Virus record (IMG/VR): IMGVR_UViG_3300021197_000608 | Reading direction: 5' to 3' (one strand) | DNA: 64,000 nucleotides | DNA from: an uncultured virus (IMG/VR IMGVR_UViG_3300021197_000608) | Lineage: Duplodnaviria; Heunggongvirae; Uroviricota; Caudoviricetes | Part shown: positions 58,941-64,000 of the stretch, one piece after another | Layout of the letters: each line of letters begins with the position of its first letter | Numbering within the stretch: position 1 is the first letter of the stretch | The notes under the pieces: generated by a model | The model's database searches: none | Told to the model about the DNA's origin: nothing | The model's input: only the letters and a program-made list of their open reading frames with translations | Position numbers and translations under genes: made by a program

Positions 58941-60350
58941 TTATACTTTGAGGTCTTTAAATTTCTCATAAGTCTTGTCTTTCTCAAGACCCACGCCGAA
59001 AGTTGTTTTATCAAATGCTGCTCCTTCATCTTGTCCACTGTCAATAATGTCATCTTGTGCTTCCTGTTCGCAATCATATAGTTTCATTCTAGCTCTGTCG
59101 ATACCAACCACAAACCTCTTATTAGTGCCTGGATCATTGTATCGGTTCTTCAATTGTTTCACCATCAACTGATTTAGACCTTCCAAATCTTCTGTTGATA
59201 TGAGTGCAAACATGAGGTCAGCCGTAGCAGGCAAACCAAAAGATTCTGATGTATCTTCCAGCCCAATGTCGCTGTTTGCATATCCCCCTCTAGTAGTTTG
59301 TGTCGCTGACATAATCGGTACATTATTTTCAACTGCAAGGCCCCTAAGTTCCTCTGCAATCGCTTTGATGTAAAAATACGATCCAACATTTGCATTCCCC
59401 TTAAATCTAGATGAGGCACAAATGTTAAGATAGTCGATAAAAATAATATCTGGTTTAAATGACTTCTTTAGTGCCAGTTCTTTTAGTAAACTTCTAAAAT
59501 GTCCAGTATGGGCAGATGCAGTAGGATACTCTTTGATAATTAACTTTCCGTTGGTCTTTGTTTGTATTTTGGAGAGGCGGTCAGTGAACATCTTTTTAGG
59601 TAACTCATGTAAGTCATCCATAGTTATATTCATTAAGTTTGCATCAATACGTTCTGCGATACGTTCCTCTGCCATCTCCAAAGTTATATAAAGAACATTC
59701 TTTCCTTGCATGAGGGTTGACGCAGCCATGTGACACATGAACAACGATTTACCAACACCAGTACCAGCAAGGGCAATGTTCAAAGTTTTTTGTGGAAGTC
59801 CACCTTTTGTAATTTTGTTAAAGTACTCAAGGTCGAATCCTATTTTCTCTTCTATTTTGTGATAGAACTCAAATCGTTCTTCACCATTTTCTACATAGTC
59901 GTGTCCTACATTCTGATCAAATGCAACTGATAGTGCATCAGATAGAATTGTTGGAATTGCTTCAGCAGTATGTTCTTTATCTTTTCCTTCTATAATTTGA
60001 ATACCACTAAGGATGGCATTGTAGACTGCCTTGTCCTTACAAAATTTTTCTGTCGTATCTACTAACCATTGCATATCAACTTGTGCATCAGATAGTGCCT
60101 CAACAATATCAACAACCTTCTTAAATTGTTCACTAGATAAATCTTTTCTATTATCAAGTTCAATCGAAAGACTTTCTTTCGTAGGTTGATTTCCATACTT
60201 TTCAATGAACTTGGAAATCTCTTCAAATACTACTCTCTCACTTGGATCAGAAAAGTATTCTGGTTTGATAAAAGGAAGAACCTTTCTAGCATAAGGCTCA
60301 TTCCAAACTAAATTACTGAGTGTTGTTCTTTCAATTGTCTGTATTGACAT
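58941..60350 (-). CDS. 41: replicative helicase gp41
   Basis: AGTGVGKS, ITLEMAE, IKEYPT, DYLNI, SATQ, SESFGLPATAD, QLKNRY. Confidence 0.95.
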   Translation of the reverse strand: MSIQTIERTTLSNLVWNEPYARKVLPFIKPEYFSDPSERVVFEEISKFIEKYGNQPTKESLSIELDNRKDLSSEQFKKVVDIVEALSDAQVDMQWLVDTTEKFCKDKAVYNAILSGIQIIEGKDKEHTAEAIPTILSDALSVAFDQNVGHDYVENGEERFEFYHKIEEKIGFDLEYFNKITKGGLPQKTLNIALAGTGVGKSLFMCHMAASTLMQGKNVLYITLEMAEERIAERIDANLMNITMDDLHELPKKMFTDRLSKIQTKTNGKLIIKEYPTASAHTGHFRSLLKELALKKSFKPDIIFIDYLNICASSRFKGNANVGSYFYIKAIAEELRGLAVENNVPIMSATQTTRGGYANSDIGLEDTSESFGLPATADLMFALISTEDLEGLNQLMVKQLKNRYNDPGTNKRFVVGIDRARMKLYDCEQEAQDDIIDSGQDEGAAFDKTTFGVGLEKDKTYEKFKDLKV

Positions 60351-60681
60351 ATTCTAAATTATCTTCCTTCAGTTGCGATTCAATAACGGTTATAAGAATG
60401 TCTCCAAGTAGATTTTTGAATTCCATATCTTCTTGTAATTCTTTTGGTGTATATTGAGGTGAGTATAACACATCATAATGAAATGTCAAGGGCATATCTC
60501 CCTCTTTTGTTTCTTCTTCACCAATTTCTACTTTACCATACTTATAGATAATGTTTTCATATTTACCAGTAATAGATAAAAGTTTTATACCTGTCCACTC
60601 CTGTGTCTCTTTATCAGTAGTAACAAATTCAAAACTTCTACTAATATCAATCGGATTCAACGACATCTTCTTCAACCTCAT
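60331..60681 (-). CDS. gp40-like small protein
   Basis: position between uvsX and gp41 as in T4; sequence support weak. Confidence 0.4.
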   Translation of the reverse strand: MRLKKMSLNPIDISRSFEFVTTDKETQEWTGIKLLSITGKYENIIYKYGKVEIGEEETKEGDMPLTFHYDVLYSPQYTPKELQEDMEFKNLLGDILITVIESQLKEDNLEYVNTDN

Positions 60682-61705
60682 CTTCTACTCTTTGTCCATA
60701 CTTGAATTCTTTTGATGCAGCCTGATCTAATTTAATCATCACATCTTCAGTAAAGAACTTCTCTGGTTGATTATTAATAGTCTTACCAAATGTCTTTGTA
60801 CCATCAGGCAACTCAATACGAGTTGATACTGATTTAAAGATATTATACTTTAATGCAAGTTCAAGTAGTCCATAGTATCTATCAAGTCCACGTTCATACA
60901 TAAGTCTTACATCAACCATTTTGTTTTCAATAGTCAAACGAGATTTTGCATTCTTACAGTGAATGATATTACCAACAACTTCTGTACCATCCTTTTCTTT
61001 TTTCTTGGAAAGATATACAATAGATGAAGCCGCATATTTCAATCCAGAACCACCACCCATTTCTTTTGTTGGGAACATAGAACCCACAACATCATAGGTG
61101 TGATTAGTGACAACCATAGGAACTTTCGCTTTACCTAGTTTCAAAGTCAACACACGAAATGCAGCTTTTAGAACTTGCGCTCTGGTCATATCTCTGGTTT
61201 CTTTACCATCAGCAGTATCTTCTACTTCTTTTGTAGTAGACAACATACCAAGTGAATCAAGACATAACATCATAGGAACACGTTGATCTTCTGGTGTCTC
61301 CATGTATTTATCAAGAACTTTAATTGCCTGTGTTCTAAATTCTTGTACAGTTGTTACAGGCAGAATAACCATTCTGTTTGGATCAATACCTCTATCAACT
61401 ACCATCTGTTTTGTAATTGCAGATTCAGACTCAAAATACAACACACCAGCATCTGGGTTTGCATCAAGGAATGACTTAACCATACCCATTACAAAGAACG
61501 TCTTACCAGTTGCGCTGGAGCCTGCAACCGCAGTTATTTTATTTGCTGGTAGTCCACCATAAATTGAACCACTCAGTAATGCATTAAAGATATAAGAACC
61601 AGTGTCGATAAATGCATCAACGTCACCAGCCTCCACACCTTCAGATACAAGTGCAGCGTATTCATTGCCCGCTGTCTTGGCAATCTCTTTCAAAAAGTCT
61701 GTCAT
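60647..61705 (-). CDS. uvsX: RecA-like recombinase UvsX
   Basis: DTGSY..NALLSG, TGKT, DSLGML, DMTRA, NHTY, MGGGSG. Confidence 0.95.
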   Translation of the reverse strand: MTDFLKEIAKTAGNEYAALVSEGVEAGDVDAFIDTGSYIFNALLSGSIYGGLPANKITAVAGSSATGKTFFVMGMVKSFLDANPDAGVLYFESESAITKQMVVDRGIDPNRMVILPVTTVQEFRTQAIKVLDKYMETPEDQRVPMMLCLDSLGMLSTTKEVEDTADGKETRDMTRAQVLKAAFRVLTLKLGKAKVPMVVTNHTYDVVGSMFPTKEMGGGSGLKYAASSIVYLSKKKEKDGTEVVGNIIHCKNAKSRLTIENKMVDVRLMYERGLDRYYGLLELALKYNIFKSVSTRIELPDGTKTFGKTINNQPEKFFTEDVMIKLDQAASKEFKYGQRVEDEVEEDVVESD

Positions 61706-62115
61706 TAAATGTCACCTTCTTTTCTGTTTTCAGAACGAAACGCTTCAAACCCATCTGGGTATCTCGTTTCTAACTTTTGTATATTAGTATCTATAACATC
61801 CTCAAGAGAAATGCCTAGAGCAATACAAGCTTGTGTAACGTACCATAAAATATCGCCAAGTTCACGTTTCATATGATATTGTGCATCATCATCCATAGGT
61901 TTAGCTTGAAAAATCGACTTCTTAACGATCTCTGCAAACTCGCCTCCCTCAGCACTAATACCAATTGCGGCAGTAAGAATGCGTTCTGGTGAAACACCAA
62001 ACCCATCAATTACATCAAGTGCATCCGAAAATGATTGTGCATCAGAAGATGCATCACTGGTCACTTCGTCAACGAACCTAGTATAATCCAAGAGGAAGTT
62101 TTTATCTATTACCAT
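61705..62115 (-). CDS. mazG: MazG-like NTP pyrophosphohydrolase
   Basis: [25 protein letters not shown]. Confidence 0.88.
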   Translation of the reverse strand: MVIDKNFLLDYTRFVDEVTSDASSDAQSFSDALDVIDGFGVSPERILTAAIGISAEGGEFAEIVKKSIFQAKPMDDDAQYHMKRELGDILWYVTQACIALGISLEDVIDTNIQKLETRYPDGFEAFRSENRKEGDI

Positions 62116-63200
62116 TATGATTCTCCAAAAATTGTGTTATGAGTAGTATATACTTTAACAAATGTTGTACACTTTGTCAAGTCTTTTATTCGTCTTGCTC
62201 CAACATATGTGCATGTTGATCTGATGCCCCCCAATATAGAATGCACAGTAGTTCCAATACTTCCTCTGTAGGGAACAATGACTTCTTTACCTTCTGCGGC
62301 TCTGTAGTTTTTAAGTCCACCGAAATGTTTTTCATTTGCAGTCTCCGAGCTCATACCGTAGAACTTAACTCCTACTGGTATTGGATTATCATCTTCCAAT
62401 ATATATTCTCCCCCACCTTCATCATGTCCTGAGAGCATTCCACCGAGCATGACGAAATCTGCACCGCCTCCAAGAGCCTTTGCAATATCTCCTGAGTTTG
62501 TGCAACCACCGTCAGCGATGATATGACCACCCAAACCATGAGCAGCATCAGCACACTCAATAACAGACGATAACTGAGGATACCCAACACCAGTTTGAAT
62601 ACGAGTAGTACACACACTGCCAGGCCCAATACCACACTTAACGATATCTGCTCCATTTAAAATTAACTCCTGTGTCATATCACCAGTAACTACATTGCCT
62701 GCTATGATAACAAGTTCTGGATGATTCAATCTTAGTTGGTAAATAAAGTTACTAAACATTTCAGTATAGCCATTTGCAACATCTACACAGAGATACTTAA
62801 TCGCTCCATCAGTCATTTCATATACATGTCTAAACTTCTTCAAATCTTCATCAGATGTACCAATAGACATAGCAACATTCTGTCTACGATCATATGCAAG
62901 GTCATCTTCTAGACAATGAAAGAATGCAACTAGTTCAGCAAATGTATAAGTCTTTACCAGACATGTAAATATGTTGTGTTTTGCAAGTTCATCTGCAACT
63001 TCAAATGTACCTACACCATCCATGTTTGATGCCATGATAGGGATACCAATATATTCCTTTGGTAATCCCTTACTATCTTTTGCATTTCTAAATTTTGTAC
63101 TACGAAACAAATCTACCTCTTTACGAGATTTGAGTGTTGAACGCTTTGGGCGTATCAACACATTAGAAAAGTCTAGTTTAAAATCTTCTTCGATTTGCAT
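62115..63200 (-). CDS. guaC: GMP reductase
   Basis: KLDF..VLIRPKRSTL.SR, NMD.VGTF, DVANGY, GIGPGSVCTTR, FYGMSS; start reassigned to MQIEEDF. Confidence 0.93.
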   Translation of the reverse strand: MQIEEDFKLDFSNVLIRPKRSTLKSRKEVDLFRSTKFRNAKDSKGLPKEYIGIPIMASNMDGVGTFEVADELAKHNIFTCLVKTYTFAELVAFFHCLEDDLAYDRRQNVAMSIGTSDEDLKKFRHVYEMTDGAIKYLCVDVANGYTEMFSNFIYQLRLNHPELVIIAGNVVTGDMTQELILNGADIVKCGIGPGSVCTTRIQTGVGYPQLSSVIECADAAHGLGGHIIADGGCTNSGDIAKALGGGADFVMLGGMLSGHDEGGGEYILEDDNPIPVGVKFYGMSSETANEKHFGGLKNYRAAEGKEVIVPYRGSIGTTVHSILGGIRSTCTYVGARRIKDLTKCTTFVKVYTTHNTIFGES

Positions 63201-63526
63201 TAGCTTACAAGTCCTTGTAATCCTTTTTGTGGAATCGCTAGTCCACTCGTTTGCGAAACCCATCCATTTGCAATTTCAGTAGCTGTTTCAATCACAAACA
63301 AGACTCCGTTCTTTGCAAACTGAACATTACTCTTTGGTTCTTGGCCGGTCATGCAAATTCCATTTACAAGTCCAACTCCTTTTTCTGTTACTTGAACAAG
63401 TCTTGGTTTATAGATGGTATAATTTACCATATCATCTACCACATATTTCCCAACGACTTCCATACCGTTAGAAAAAACTAATGTTATAATATCATTTTCT
63501 TTCATTTTATTCCTCTTTAGTTCCAT
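63200..63526 (-). CDS. Sm-like small hypothetical protein
   Basis: IITLVFSNGMEVVGK..KPR..TSGL. Confidence 0.5.
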   Translation of the reverse strand: MELKRNKMKENDIITLVFSNGMEVVGKYVVDDMVNYTIYKPRLVQVTEKGVGLVNGICMTGQEPKSNVQFAKNGVLFVIETATEIANGWVSQTSGLAIPQKGLQGLVS

Positions 63527-64000
63527 CTGAAGTTAGTGTAGGAAGATATTCAATCTTCCAATTGATACCTAGTTTATTAAAAATCAACTTGAACTCTGGT
63601 CTGTGAGCTGGAAGTTTTTTGTTAAACCAGTTATCCTCATAGTCAACATTATCTGGTGATGGATGGTGAATATACAGAATGAAGTTTTTCTTCTTTGGAT
63701 AATTCTGTAATACACGAGCAATAATTTTATTCCAATCAAACTTACCAGAAGTCATTGCCATAGTGAATGTATTTTTATCTCTATGTTCCTCAAGTCTTGC
63801 TTCAAGTTGTTGCGACCAATCATCTGAACTCCAATCAATCCAAACTTTACCCATAAGATTGTTTTCTTGCTTTAACATATCTTTTTTGGTAGTCTTGATA
63901 AGTCCAGTAACTTGATTACTAGTCATGTAAAATCTATCTTTCAACCAAGTCTTATTGATAAGTGAATCTACAGGAATTTTCTTATTGAAGTACCGACTAA
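63507..64000 (-). CDS. hypothetical protein, 5' end outside the window
   Basis: frame open to the window edge. Confidence 0.6.
   Translation of the reverse strand, partial: SRYFNKKIPVDSLINKTWLKDRFYMTSNQVTGLIKTTKKDMLKQENNLMGKVWIDWSSDDWSQQLEARLEEHRDKNTFTMAMTSGKFDWNKIIARVLQNYPKKKNFILYIHHPSPDNVDYEDNWFNKKLPAHRPEFKLIFNKLGINWKIEYLPTLTSDGTKEE

Noticed and set aside
1..64000. Alternative genetic code or stop-codon reassignment
   Set aside because: Core genes are full length under code 11 and TAA, TAG and TGA all end genes

Overview
A 64 kb segment of a T4-like myovirus genome, AT-rich and mostly minus-strand coded, with one 100-N scaffold gap at 52244-52343. The host is probably a marine alphaproteobacterium, judging from a two-piece permuted tmRNA with an ANDNF tag, pseudoazurin, a CtaH-like protein and DUF1127. 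T4 core genes recognised from motifs and gene order: gp53, gp48, gp4, gp2, gp54, gp26/51, a tape-measure-like gene, gp32, gp59, gp33, RNase H, primase, gp41 and UvsX. Nucleotide metabolism genes: NrdA, Grx-NrdB, ThyX, GuaC, MazG and PhoH. Also present are lysis genes, tRNA-Arg, ribosomal protein bS21 and early small-gene islands with repeated sigma70 promoter cassettes. Most notable observations: (1) a ~13 kb late island of proteins with T4 capsid-targeting-like N-termini (MKTFxxxxE), including a KxDG ligase-like protein, an HxGH-type nucleotidyltransferase and HAD/PAP2 phosphatases, with a similarly tagged P-loop kinase elsewhere, suggesting a virion-packaged, protease-matured enzyme kit; (2) EEVELDE-linked modular polyproteins, whose DNA repeat flanks the assembly gap; (3) a likely -1 frameshift joining gp26 and gp51; (4) a promoter-driven hairpin RNA with an anti-Shine-Dalgarno loop; (5) a CtaH-like/pseudoazurin/DoxX redox cassette; (6) early promoters with a spacer palindrome, IHF-like boxes and GcrA/CcrM-type TGATTCG sites. 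All calls come from reading motifs by eye; no database searches were run.
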